A DNA stretch of 59,303 nt, counting the filler, from Sphacelaria rigidula (taxonomy: Eukaryota): NCBI GenBank assembly GCA_964200075.2. It is 10 parts of 10 records of this genome, joined end to end, with 100 filler letters (N's around TTAATTAATTAA, not from the genome) between each part and the next. Parts side by side here need not be neighbours in the genome. Positions count along the whole stretch, not along the records: positions 1 to 5,841 come from CAXNAA020024048.1; positions 5,942 to 11,782 come from CAXNAA020024049.1; positions 11,883 to 17,723 come from CAXNAA020024050.1; 7 more parts are not named here. The stretch is one strand, 5' to 3'. Made by a program: the position numbers and the translations under genes. The notes under the pieces are model-generated. The model was not told the DNA's origin, did no database searches, and saw only the letters and a program-made list of their open reading frames with translations. How positions within the stretch are numbered: position 1 is the first letter of the stretch; each line of letters opens with the position of its first letter. Below, one piece after another: positions 1 to 12,202 of the stretch.

Positions 1-2
1 CT

Positions 3-233
3 GTCTACATCGACAACACTTCAACTCTCCACGTCGCAGGGAACCGAACTTACAGCTCCAGAGTCAAGCACGTAGCTCTACGGTATTTCTTCATTCAGGA
101 ATTAGTCAAGGAGGGAAGGATCGACATCCGTTACGTCAAGACCGAAGATCAACTCGCAGACATAGGGACCAAGTACCTCAGCAAACACAGGCACCGCCAT
201 CTTGTCAAGCTGATCAGCACATTCGAAATATGA
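3..233 (+). mobile_element. Ty1/Copia pol, C-terminal RNase H (cut by window edge)
   Basis: Manual translation VYIDNTSTLHVAGNRTYSSRVKHVALRYFFIQELVKEGRIDIRYVKTEDQLADIGTKYL...TFEI*, containing the Copia RNase H DN / KH / QLADIxTK motifs. Confidence 0.95.
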
Positions 234-375
234 GTACAGCCTGGTCGTAGCTTTGAGTTCTTATTTTGTCCTTGAGTGCCGGGACGGTTGTACTGATGTG
301 GGTGTTTGGAACTAGTACGTGCTGCATTAAGGGGGAGTGTGAAGGGTTGGGAGTTATAAGTGCGTTGAGGGGGAG

Positions 376-709
376 TGTTAGAAAATGAGGCTATGAAGCC
401 ATGCTCTTCAACGCTTCGTATGGTATTAACTTTATATATATGTAGTGTTGGGATCGCAGGTACCGGTCACGAAGGTTTGGTCTGATGTGGGGGGCGTGTA
501 CTGTGGAATAGCAGTTGTTCTACATGAAGTACTCTTCTCTTTGACCATGTACCCCGGTGGGTGTTTTGTATCTGTCTTGCCCAAAAGCGGCACCTTGAAC
601 ACTATCCTCTGTCTACACTCCGAAGCAGCCTATCTGCTTGCTTGGCTTAACCGCCATTGCGCCAACTCTAGCGACCACGACAAAGGGGTTCTCAGTGAAT
701 CCTTTAACA
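376..709 (+). mobile_element. Copia 3' LTR (334 bp)
   Basis: Follows PPT GAGGGGGAG (367-375); starts TGTTA and ends TAACA; a second PPT-like AAGGGGGAGTG lies at ~329-339. Confidence 0.85.
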
Positions 710-876
710 TTCAGCAGGTGACCTAATCTCGCGGTCTAAGGGTTAACTGCTTCTGCGGAGTTTTGGGGGGAAAGATACTTTCGCTCTGTGTTACTCTTTC
801 GTATCTTTCCTGCAATAGAGAAACGCGGCTTCAGCTCCATTTTAGTGTTGAAGCCCAAAAGTTAAAATTGGCTGTT
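710..876. mobile_element. Right half of a piggyBac-like MITE, followed by the right end of a ...GGCTGTT TIR element
   Basis: CTCGCGGTCTAAGGG|TTAA, then sequence colinear with 41731-41897. Confidence 0.7.
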
Positions 877-2044
877 TATAGACAGTATTTCGTCTTTCCG
901 CCTATCTCCTTCCACACTTTCTCGACTTATTTATCCCACACACGCGGCCATTCGGCTGCCCCCTAAAAAATATTCTATCGCGATTTTCTTCCTCTCGAGG
1001 GTAAATTGATTCTAGGAATGATAAAAATCGCGATAAAGGGTATTTCATACTCAGTTCCGGTCATGAAATGAATCCTCTGGAGGGCATCTGATGCTTCAGT
1101 GACTTCTGAGGTCTGAATCCCTCCAGGGTACCAAAAATATGGTGCACTGGAACACGTGGTTTTCGTGAACGTCCCTTAGAGGAAAATATGAACGGCAGAG
1201 GGAAATATGAGCATCATTCCTCTGGCGGAGGGACCGACTATGGCCTCTAAGGCATTTGTTGCGACTCTGGAAGACATAACCGTGCAGTATCCTCCAGCTT
1301 GTACATCAGCACTTGTGTACTTGCGTCCTATACCTGCTTCCAGGAGACCTTTGGGACCCTCACGCCATAAAAAATATGTATCACCCGCCGTTCACTGATT
1401 GACTTGCAAACCCGACAACACTTATCCCCAGCTATAATACCACCACGATAACCCTGCAGCAAAGAGCACGAGTTGGGCACAGGTATATAGATACACACTG
1501 CAGTAGTTGAGCATGATGTATGTCTTGTTGGTGGAAGTTTGAACCTGAGCAGCGGGGTATGGTGCGAGTAACAACCGGCGGTTCACTGCATACACACCCA
1601 TGAACAGTGCAGGCAGAAAAAGCTGCGCACACTGTTCAAGTCCTTTTCACGTTGCATTGTGAGCAGAAAACATACACATAGTCCTGCGCTGTCTGCACTG
1701 TACTTTGTGCGCTTCCCTTTCGCGTCCTACTGACTGCAGCGGTGAGCACGCTGCAAGAACGGGCATCGTGTATNNNNNNNNNNATCGTGTATACTCAGTA
1801 GCTCACGGTGTATAACACCCCCATGCACCCAAAGTTACAGGCATCCACTTTGTTTAGTCACACGTGGCGCATATCCCGCGCTAACTCTGCAGAATATTGT
1901 ACAGCACGTATATAAGCACGATGTGGTACTGTCCTACACGGTATTGTACTGTCCAGTACAGCATGTTGGTTACAGGGATAGCAACTCTGGGGTGTGAGTA
2001 CTCGGGGTCATGCGACGGGCCCACCGAACTTAGCTTTGGTTAAG

Positions 2045-2112
2045 AAACCGGTTGACTGCTGAGCTAAACAGCCAGCGCGCGCTGGCTGTTCAGCTCAGCA
2101 GTCAATTGGTTT
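2045..2112. repeat. Loopless palindrome (34-bp arms)
   Basis: AAACCGGTTGACTGCTGAGCTAAACAGCCAGCGC|GCGCTGGCTGTTCAGCTCAGCAGTCAATTGGTTT, 3 mismatches. Confidence 0.9.
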
Positions 2113-2117
2113 ATTTA

Positions 2118-2215
2118 CCCTTAGATCGCGAGATTAGTCTTTCTGGATCATGCATACTTGTTTTCACTCGAAATTGATGCCGATTTAACAGAAGACTAAC
2201 CTCGCGGTCTGAGGG
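2118..2215. mobile_element. piggyBac-like MITE (98 bp)
   Basis: CCCTTAGA(T)CGCGAG...CTCGCGGTCTGAGGG termini flanked by TTTA/TTAA; close copy at 49385-49482, relatives at 41660-41763, ~2506 and ~53543. Confidence 0.8.
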
Positions 2216-2219
2216 TTAA

Positions 2220-2367
2220 ATCGAACTTTGGGTACCCACGACATGGTCGCTCTCCACTGTTGTTGGGCATGGTGTGAGAAACAATCCGAGATCGCTCAGA
2301 GAAATGAACCCACGACCCAATCGTCAGAGAGTTTCGAAGTTACCAACTGAGTCACCGGGGTGACCGG
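2220..2367 (-). mobile_element. tRNA-derived SINE, 5' part
   Basis: Colinear with the heads of 18656-19026 and 53041-53364; degenerate A/B boxes. Confidence 0.75.
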
Positions 2368-5300
2368 CTACTTATTATCAAAATTGTATCGACTCCGATC
2401 TGGGCCAATTCGGGGTGTCGCGATTTCAGAACGATTTTTCCGCCGAGTTTTGCGAAACGTCGGTGGAAAGCCGAGGTCTCCCCGATTTGAGACATATCTG
2501 TTGACCCTTGGACCGCGAGGGTAGTCCATCTGGGTCATGCATGGGGTTTTCAAGTAAAATTTTCACCATTCAACACATGCAGTGTTATTCCTTTTCAATA
2601 TTATGGAGGCGGTCTTTCACGAGAAAAGGCGCTCCAACACAGCACCCCTGGCGTCTGATGAAGCTGAGAGTTGATGTATGTGTGGGTTGAAGCTGAATCT
2701 AAGTGTTGACGCAGCAGTTGCGGCGATCCAATGCGTTTTCGGCGCAGCGTGGCCTGCAACAACGATTTTGCACGACGCTGAAACTGTTCCGAAAACTAAA
2801 ACACTTTCTAATGACAGTTCTAGAGGGTGATGATATCAAACCCGTGCTGAGCCAGGGGCATATCTTCCCAGCCTTGTTGTCTACCTCGACCCCCTGGCGG
2901 TCGAGAGTGGGACCAATACGGGAAATTCTCAATAGTGAAGGTTCTCCATATGTTAGAGGAAGATTCCGTTGGGGTTTAGGCGCCGGGTGGAGCAAGACGG
3001 GGCCGCGCAGAGTAGCCAAAGAGGAGAGTGTGTTCAGCCGAAGAGCACTGCGACCCTGATCCGGGAGAGGGCAACGTCTCTTCTCTTACAGTGCCAGCGT
3101 TACCGTTCGCCTTATCACAGCGGCGTGAGAATGATAGGAGACGTTCTTGTAGTTTTGTTCTATCACAATCAACCGGATATTCTCCGACGTGATGGCTCCA
3201 AGTGAAGAAATTGACGTTTCCCTGACAGGCACGCCATCTGTGTTTTGCGGACCTCACGCCGTTTTATTTGCTCTTAGTGTGCAATTTTCGCCACCTGGGC
3301 AACAACCTCTCGCGACAGGTATACTGCAGACAGTATCGCAAGTGGTTTGTATTGCGACAACATTTTCTATACTGTATGCAGTATACATCTAGAAGGCAAT
3401 TGTCAAGGTAGGCACAATGCGGAATACCGTGGGGATAAACAGGAAGCATGGGCAGTGATAAAATATCTGGCGGCAGTAACGCCAACCCGTACTCCTGTTG
3501 CAGTTCCTGCAACACCGTGGAGCGTGCGATCCGCGACGAAAGTAATTGCGACCCACATCTCTCGCTTAGACTTGTCTAAGATATTTCATAAGCCCGTGGC
3601 GGCATTATGTGCGGCGACAGTACTGCGCAGTGCAATCGACTGTTCCAGGTAATTCTAAGCAAAGACGGCGCACGAGTCTTTTCACCGCTTACTCCGGCGG
3701 CGCAGGGATGCGGAGAACTTTAATATCCTCGGCGCGAAGTGATGGAAAAAGGTACAGCCGATGTACATGCGAGATTTTCATAGTCGGTTCGGCATCGCTT
3801 CGCATCGCGGCAAAAATGCACGAGGCACCGCCTGCGAAGGCCGGGAGTAATATTACGGTAGGGGTGCACAACGGTTTTTTTCTGAGGTTAGAATTGTTAG
3901 GAGCTCTTCATCTTATCCCGAACACGAGTTATGAAATACGTTAGAGTACGCGAGGGATATTTCTCAATGTGCTAGGGATATCCCGAATGAATTTATAGGC
4001 GGGGATTCCCGGAACCATATTCTTGGGCACCTACAATCGTCAGGACCCCCTGAAGCAGACAAGACTGCGGAAAAAATTCAACCCTACCGTATCGTTGCTG
4101 CCGGGGGGAACCTTGGCCTCTCGTATTATCATGACCCCCCAACGCTCGGGACCCAATATTTGTGGCGACCAGTATTTTGATGGGTGTTTGTATACTCGCC
4201 GGGATGTAGATTATTGGTGAAGCACGGTCAGTGTGCCCGAGTTATCGTCGTGGTTGTAGATATTGTTGCCGTCTTTACATTTTAGACCGCACCGACATCA
4301 GGATATCGCTCTGTACCGAGCATATCACTCGGACGCTTGCCGCCGTGAAGGACGAAGAACCCGATCACGAGATGAAATGAATTAAAAAGACAAATTGTAC
4401 GAAAAATAAATCACACAGATGCGATACCAAACAGAAACAAAAATCGATTTCTAGTGGTGACGATACAACGAAAATGAAAGAGAAAAAAATAGAGGGGCTC
4501 GTCGGTGCGCACGCGATCGCTTGGCGGCAGCTAGCCGTGCACACCGCACTACAGCACATGTCGCAAAACGCAACAGAGGTTTGGCGTGCCCCACCGTCCC
4601 TCGCGCGTATCTCCCAATCGCTGCGTGCCGTGAAAACGTACCGAAAAAATTTAATGCATCGCACCGCTCGATGACTGATACAACCTGGAACGAGTGTTAC
4701 AACAATAATAACGACGCCCTTGCACGGCGGCGCCATTGCACTACATGAAAACCCTCGCCTATACACCGCCCCCACCCCCGCACAAATGTCATCGCACCGT
4801 GCGACCCGCAACTGTGGGCGCTCCCACACAAATTGCCCTCATCTGTCGTGGCAATCGCCACCACCATACCACCCAACAATTAACCGGGCGTCACACTTGA
4901 CGGGCGGACCGTGGCACGTTCAGCACGGCCGTCAAGTAAACTCGCCGCCGGGTCCTGACCTTGAGATCTGCGCGGCATAATCACCGAGTGACCGGCGTTA
5001 CTACAGTATAGCTTCATCGGCCCCGTCATGACGGCCGCACTTCCTCCCGTCAACCGTCACGGCCTGCTATCCTGCGGCGCCCTTCGTCCCATGGGCAATC
5101 GGTAAAACGCTAGACCTGCCCGACGTGAATACCTGCGCCAGTCCCAGTAACAAGAGCGCACGTCAGTGGTACGGTGTCTTCAATTCCGGTGATTTTTCAG
5201 CATGAAGATTCATTATGTCAGACCCAATGCTCACTACTGTAGGGAATTGTTGTGAATACTCTCATCTGCGGCGATTTTTCATGACTTGCGCGCGCGCCTC

Positions 5301-5429
5301 ATCTCGTCGCCGTGCGGTTCTACAAGGTCGTGTTCTGTAGGGCACGGTCTTCTGTACACCCGAGGCATTTTCTCGGGTATTTTACACCTTTTCATATGTT
5401 TATGCTTCTATTTGTACACGTCTTGGTCT

Positions 5430-5586
5430 ATTGTATCGTCCTGATTTTTGTTTTCTTCTGTTCCTAGCGGTTCTCAGGGTCGGTTTCGACTTTTGTTGTG
5501 CCTTGGGGGCGTCCATCATGCGACCACCGCCGAATCCCTGGAGGGTCACTTTAATCACGATCATCAAATCAAATCAAATCAATCAA
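5430..5586 (+). mobile_element. Probable non-LTR retroelement 3' end with (ATCAA)n tail
   Basis: T-rich segment ending ATCAAATCAAATCAAATCAATCAA; no RT motif recognised upstream. Confidence 0.4.
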
Positions 5587-5841
5587 GCAGCAATTTACCG
5601 TGCCCGGCTAATTAATACTGGTACCCGACAGTTCTGATCACTCGGTACCACTTTCAAAATCTCATCCGATAATCGTAAGAGTTCTGTAAGCGTCCCGTAC
5701 CGTTACGAGGAGATCGGGTACGCTCTTCATATCATACCCGGTTGCGGGTACGGTTTGCGGTGCAATCCCCATATCCTGCCACACAATTTCCGTGAGTTTT
5801 GTACGCCCCCCACACCCTTGCTCGACAACTATGCCAGCCAG

Positions 5842-5941
5842 NNNNNNNNNNNNNNNNNNNNNNNNNNNNNNNNNNNNNNNNNNNNTTAATTAATTAANNN
5901 NNNNNNNNNNNNNNNNNNNNNNNNNNNNNNNNNNNNNNNNN
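5842..5941. other. Artificial contig linker; also at 11783-11882, 17724-17823, 23665-23764, 29605-29704, 35545-35644, 41485-41584, 47425-47524, 53365-53464
   Basis: Identical 44N-TTAATTAATTAA-44N (stop codons in all six frames); segments between linkers are 5841 or 5840 nt, in decreasing order. Confidence 0.98.
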
Positions 5942-6201
5942 GGGGGGTGGGGCGAATTAGATCTCTTGATACCATCAATCCGTCCCGACGAAAAAAAACG
6001 GGGTGGAAATAAAAGTGGGAAAAAAAAAAAAAAAAAAAACGCAGTTTGTTGTGAAGATTAATGAGAAAGTCACTCGCGAAATCAAAACGCACAATGAGAA
6101 AATAGGCGGAAACACCGCAACAACATGGCGTGGTGTCGAGAGGTCCAGGAGATGACCAAGGAAGGAGGCCGCGTAGGTTCAGCCGAGAGAGAGATGGTTA
6201 A

Positions 6202-6317
6202 CCCTTTCGGAACCCATTGACGATTTTTGTTCTTGTGGATCGACATCCTTTTCAGTCATTTTCAAGTCAAAATGATGCCGATCCACAAAAACAAAATCGT
6301 CAACGGATTCCAAACGG
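6202..6317. mobile_element. piggyBac-like MITE, second subfamily
   Basis: TTAA|CCCTTTCGGAACCCATTGACGATTTTTG with ~40-bp imperfect inverted repeat at the other end. Confidence 0.6.
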
Positions 6318-6328
6318 TTTCAACTATC

Positions 6329-6474
6329 CACACCCTGGATAATGCCAACATATGACATCATAAAAAAAATTGTACAGCGTATAGTACGGAAGCTACTGTC
6401 TATTGCAGTAGAAGCAATAGTCGATACTGTACGTAGTACAATTTTTTACAAAGCAAACCCTTTTCCAGGATGTG
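6329..6474. mobile_element. Small (~140 bp) TIR family CACACCCTGG...CCAGG(G/A)TGTG; copies at 9926-10068, 16426-16563, ~3290-3415
   Basis: Inverted termini and shared internal GTACAG/CAGTATCGA motifs in four copies on three contigs. Confidence 0.55.
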
Positions 6475-7221
6475 AAATTGTCATCAACGGTCCGCCGGAA
6501 CAAGCATGACTCCGACGCTAGCTTCTAAAAAAAATAGCATTAGTCAGACGTCAGTCGTCAAATATTCCGCAACGGAAGTACATGCTCTCGTGCTTACTCC
6601 GATACATCACAAAGAGAGAGAAAAAAAAAACGTCAGAAAATGCTTACGCGAGTTGGTGATCATACCAAACCGGCGCAGTAGAACAGTACGGCGCTGGTTT
6701 GAGCTCTGCCAACGAGCGCTATGACTAGGACGCCGAATGGATGATGCTAACCCCATGGTTCTCGGCATGCCTTGGGTTGGGATCACGGTTAGGGTTGGGA
6801 TTTAAGAATTTATTCCCCGGAATGCATCCACCTTGTCGACAAGGCAATGAAACTCGCCCAAACCCGCTTCGTCTTGAAATATCATCTGTAAAGCCTCTCT
6901 TATCGTAGTACGAAAAAGACTACAACATGCTCATCAGAAATGTTCGCTATACCCAGAGAACATGTACACATGTACACACCCTACGGCGAAAGACAGAATA
7001 ACCAGAGCGTTTAATGGATCCCAGGTCGGTCCTGAACAGACCCCCCCCCCCCCCCCTCCTACATTCGGTGCCGACGCTACAGAAAATGAGTATATTTTTT
7101 TTATTCATCTCTCTGTGTCTCATCTCTCGTGTAGTGACCGTGTGTACCTGAAGTCTGGAAGCGATTCCTCTGCGCGTTTCGAGACGAGACGAGAAGACTC
7201 ACACGAGTGCAGCACACACAC

Positions 7222-10200
7222 CTGGAAGCGTTCCTTGTGTCTAGCATCCAGCAGCTCCTTCTCCCGGTTAGCCGCTTGCGTCTTCAGGAGGCTAGCCTTA
7301 AGTTCCGCCACGTGCTCTGACAATTGTCGCTCGTACTCGGCAGCCTGAGCCTGGAACATGACACATATTGCAGAAAGCCAGGACGGTGCAGGGTTCAAGG
7401 TGCAAGGTCCGTCTGACAAGCGTAGGTGTTGACAGGCATAGCGATAGTTACACGGCAATCTAGTGTGGAACATGGAGCATGGCGTGTATTACAGGAAATC
7501 AAGACTGTGCAGGCAGGGTGCAGCATCATTCCGGACAAGAGTGGGTTTCGACAATGGGACATCATCACAGCGTGTACACGGCAGCCTAGGTCTGGAACAT
7601 GACGTATACTCCAAAAATTCTCGACACCGTGCAGGGTGTAGGGTACTCCCATCGACTCTTTTTATGCTACCTTTGTCCACACGCCTACAACGACGGCAAC
7701 CAATTTCCAATCCCTAACCTGTTGCCCCGACTGGCCACAGGTATTTTAGTTCAATCTAGTCCACCGTGACGCAGTGGTATGTTACTATAAAAAAGAGTGG
7801 GAGCGGGCGGGGGGGGGGGGGGGGGGGGGAAGTGGATCATATGGATCCGGACTCTCTGACACATGGAGGGTGTAGGTACAGCACCCTCTCGGTGTGGTCT
7901 GCTTGGACAATAAGAGTACGGTATGATATCAATGCGGAAGGAAGTAATATAACCCGAACCCGAACATGATATTTTGAGAAAAAAAATGATAAGTTAAAAG
8001 ATGGGGCATATATGCTCACGGGGGCGCAAAACCGGACCTCTGGGGAATGACCGACTGGAGGATAACACGATCTACTGGGGAAAGGGGGAATACGACAGAA
8101 ATTTCTCGCCTGTTTCTGCATCTCGAGCTCGCGGCAACGAGCTTCCAGGTGTTCCTGCAGACGGCGGCTCTCGGCCTCTGCCTGCTGGCGGTCAGCCGCC
8201 GTGCCCTGAAGAGGGGGGCAACATCCATGCAACGAACACCGACACAAATGAAGCAGCAAGAGAGTTTGATTGTTGATCAATGCTCCGCAATGAGATTCAA
8301 CAAATTGTATCTACCGCCGCACTGTTGAACTGTACTGTGTAATCTTGTACTCTCCGTGACGAAGGTACAATATTAACCCTTCTTGGAACCAGAACTCATC
8401 ATCAGGGTGAGGTATTCAAGGGGGCAAAGAGATAGATAAAACGTGACGTCATACATTTCTGGACGTGCTGGCATGCTGCAAATAGCACCCGGAGTGTCGT
8501 AACCTAGGGGTCTTGTTTAGGGGGTGATGAATAACGAAAGCATGATGTACTTTCACTGTAGTTATACGGAATGCACGTCCATTTAAAAGGAAATAATCAT
8601 GATGGGGGGGAGGGGGGAGCTGAACGGCGCACGGAGGACACACACTGTGCTTCGTCTTACATGTAACCGGGCTGGGTTCATTGGCCATCTGTTACGCATG
8701 TGTAACAATCAATTATCAATCATTCAATCTCTTCATCGATCAATTCACGGTGCGTACACTACCTCCATCCGCAGGGAAAGGGAGGACGCGCGAGCCCTGA
8801 GCACTTCAATCTCAGCAGTTCTCTCCTGCAGCTGCGACGCTGCCTTTGCTTGGAGGTTGGCATATTTTTCGTCAAGAGCACTCCTGACCTCGCGAAGCCG
8901 CTGTCAAACCCATCCACACAGCAACAACAACAAAAAGAGAGAGGGGAGGACGAACAGGCCAGTCAAACGGCCGAGAGAGAACAAAAAAGTCGAACGAAAA
9001 GTCAACACCACTGAAAAAAAAGCAAGAGTAGATGCCGACCACGGCTAATCAGTAGAGGGGAAACATATTATGTAAAAATCGCCACATCCTGCTTGACCTC
9101 GTCAGGCGCGAGACAGAGCGGAACAACTGCAAGAATATTATTTTTCGTGAATATTTGTATTTTCGGTGTTCACCTCCAGCTCCTCCTGCAGCTCAAGCTG
9201 GCGGGTTTGGTACGTGGTAATGCTCTCCTCCAGCAACGAGACCTTCTCGGCGGTTGCGGCTAGCTGAGAAACAACGTCCTCGAACAACCGCTGTTGCGTC
9301 ACGCTTTCCTCCTACACGGCAGTCGACGCAAAACCCCCCACAACAAACAGCACGGGGGGGGGGGCAGGCGCACTTTGGTTTTACCGTATCGTAGCACAAC
9401 GTGTCACCTCACCTCCTGTTTGTCGGGATGCAGTCACTTCTTCTCCTGATCCGAAAAGAGATCCTGGGAACGGTTCAAGAAGCCACCATTTCTGGACAAT
9501 CCTTTCTCGACAAAAATAGTATTCAAAATGGTTTCCATGACTCTGAGAAGAGTCTAACGGGTTATACTGTACACCAAGATGGAGGCGCCCGTCCCCGCGA
9601 CACTTGTCATAGTCTATTCGGTGAACGAAACTGAGGTAGCTGTACTATACAGCCGTGTACCGTTGTACTGCCTGTAATCCCCGAACCCGTACTGGCATGT
9701 ACTGTACAGTGCCCGGTTTGTGCGGCTGTGCCGCATACAACGCATAGCATGCTGCTGCCATTCGTGCTATGCATCCATGGACTGTACAGCCAGGCACTGC
9801 GGCTGTGTGTACTGTGCTGTGTGGAGCTGCATTCCATGTACGTACCGTCGGTACAGCAAGTTTCACCGTACTTGATGGGGGCGTTCTAAGCGATGGGGGA
9901 AAAGTGGCTTTTTACAGATTTTTTCCACACCGTGAACGATAGACATCATCCGTAAAAAGTGTACTGCGTACAGTATCGATTGAATTGTGCAAGGATAAGA
10001 CAGTTGATTCGATACTGCTGTACGACATGCCCTCTTTGCCAAGGATTTCCACCATTCTCTAGGGTGTGAAATTTTTCCGGTATCGACCACGAGCAACCTT
10101 CCATCGAGATAAACATTTCCATTTCTGATCATAAAGTGGTCATCACCGCCCGAAGTCGGCACTGCTGCTTGCTGGACACCCACCCGCCCGCCTGGCCAGC

Positions 10201-11596
10201 CTCGTACCATACACATAAACGACTGCCCTGCAATACTTCTGCACGATTTTGCTGTTCTCGGGGGTGATGACGGCGGTGTTGCCATGTCGACACTTTCTAC
10301 GATACCCCCGCCCCCCCCCCCCAAAAAAAAACAGCCCAAAAATGTCACAAAAAAATTGGTCATACAGCGCCTGATGTTTGGGTTCCGACTGCATGAAGCG
10401 CCTCACATGGGCGACATTGGCGGGAACGAACCCAAGCGGTGGAATTCCCAGCTGCTCGTTGTGCTCGGCTTTTTCCATTTTGATTTACGTGAAGATTTTG
10501 CCTTCCCAAACCAGGCACTTTTGTGGGGGGGGGGGGGCTATCGTAGAAAGTGTCTGTCGCGGAACGTTGAGATGCGATATGGGAAAAATCCCGAAACGCT
10601 TGTCATGATGATGTCATTTTTACGTTTTTCCGATGGGGAGTATGAAATGGCCGACGGAAACCGTCCGAAGTTTAGTCATCACTTACACATTTGACCGCCA
10701 GGGCGGGTCACCTGGGTTTGACAATCATTTTTCGAGCAAAATGACTTCGACTCAGATAGATCGCCCACTCTCAACATCAATGGGGTCAAACGATGAGAAT
10801 GCAGGTGTCATCGATGCTTAGGGGAGGTAGGGTTGGGATTTCGCCACACCGACGACGGCGGAAGAGGTCAGAAGTGATTTTTCGCGGCGAAAATAGGTCA
10901 AAAGTGAAAAGTGATTTGTCACAAAGTACGTGAACGGGATTTTTCACGACAAATAGGTCAAGAGTGATTTATCACAACAAAACAGGTCAAAAGTGATCTG
11001 TCACGACAAAATAGGTCAAAAGTGATCTGTCATGTCAAAATAGGTTAAAAGTGATTTGTCACGACAAAATGCACTGCGCGGTTTCACTGCGTATAGCTAA
11101 TCAAGATACACCCTGTTTGGTACAGATCGCGTGTACTGTCCGCTTCAAGCTCGAAATAAACAGATCAATGTGTTGCGTTGCGTTGTATACACGCACGCGC
11201 CGACGATATCCAACGTGAGATAAGCAATCATTCAAACATTCGGTTGGTGTATAACGTAATACACAGTGTCCCCGCACCAAACGAGGACACGCGGCAAGCA
11301 CAGAAAAACATGCCCTTCACGCAATGCCCAACGGCGTTATACCCTGAATATGCGGGATCACACGGCACGAAGAGCGGGTCCGGCAACGCAAATGATTCAG
11401 AAAAATGTTCCGGCAAAATAAGAAGAGATTCAGACGGTAACTAAATTGTCATCTTCCATAGTTTTTCATGTCCTCTCGAGACAAATTCTACCTGCATGCG
11501 TGTGAGCTGAGCCTTGGAATCACTGAGCTCCCTCTCAGTCCAGTTAAACTTCTCCTCAACTGCGGACAATTTTTCGCGTGCATCGGTAAGCGCCAC
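7222..11596 (-). CDS. Coiled-coil protein, internal exons 11596-11492, 9311-9174, 8900-8763, 8205-8110, 7350-7222 (partial)
   Basis: Five phase-0 exons with AG acceptors and GT donors (one GC) splice into one open E/Q/L/A/R-rich heptad frame: VALTDAREKLSAVEEK.., EESVTQQRLFEDVVSQL.., RLREVRSALDEKYANLQ.., GTAADRQQAEAESRRLQ.., AQAAEYERQLSEHVAEL.. Confidence 0.85.
10289..10554. mobile_element. MITE with GACACTTTCTACGATA-polyC ... polyG-CTATCGTAGAAAGTGTC TIRs and 4-bp TSD TGTC
   Basis: Inverted termini; TGTC at 10285-10288 and 10555-10558; related interrupted copy at ~24385-24572. Confidence 0.8.
10865..11070. repeat. Minisatellite, ~29-bp unit AAAATAGGTCAAAAGTGATTTGTCACGAC (~6 units)
   Basis: Direct tandem units visible. 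Confidence 0.85.
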
Positions 11597-11669
11597 CTTC
11601 GATCAGAGAGAGAGGGGGGAGGGGAGAGAGGGGGGGGGTGTACTCATGATCATGCATGCCATAGTCATA

Positions 11670-11775
11670 AGGGGGGGGGGGGGGCGTACTCCTTTGTTGC
11701 TTGCCTTTGTCATTTGACCATTGACCACGCATCCCTTTCGGGACGGGGCATAAGGGGGGGGGGGGGGGGGGGGGC
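11670..11775 (+). repeat. Short dispersed repeat associated with G tracts; copies at ~22250-22330, ~43735-43815, 53465-53537
   Basis: Shared core GC(G/A)TACTC(A/C)TTTGTTGCTT...TTGACCATTGACCACGCATCCCTTTCG. Confidence 0.75.
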
Positions 11776-12202
11776 GAAAAAANNNNNNNNNNNNNNNNNN
11801 NNNNNNNNNNNNNNNNNNNNNNNNNNTTAATTAATTAANNNNNNNNNNNNNNNNNNNNNNNNNNNNNNNNNNNNNNNNNNNNCTGTGTCGATGAGATATT
11901 GCTTTTAAAGCTTAAATCCATTTTTCGGCTGGCCCAGCTCGTGAACAGAAGATGGACTGCGTACAGTATAAGTCCATCGTAAGTATTTTCGGCCGACAAT
12001 AGTTGCGATAGGCGCGTACTTTATGCAGTATATTTTATGCATATTGCAAGTATTCATTCACCATGTTTGTCCCGGGTGTGAAATCTTTTTGCAATATCAG
12101 CACTTGAAATCTCTTCAGAACAACGATACGCTGGTGCTCCAACTGACCCCAAACATCCCCGCAATATAACGCCGATTTGATTATGTGTGTGCATTGTTCA
12201 AG

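Noticed and set aside
1432..1770. Cys-rich minus-strand stretch resembling a zinc finger or piggyBac CRD
   Set aside because: Needs a stop and a frameshift to read; TG-rich composition explains the cysteines
2700..5400. Possible decayed retroelement coding sequence
   Set aside because: No RT, endonuclease or integrase motif could be recognised with confidence
5886..5897. TTAATTAATTAA recurring every ~5.94 kb as a biological periodic motif
   Set aside because: Embedded in fixed N runs; it is an artificial six-frame-stop linker
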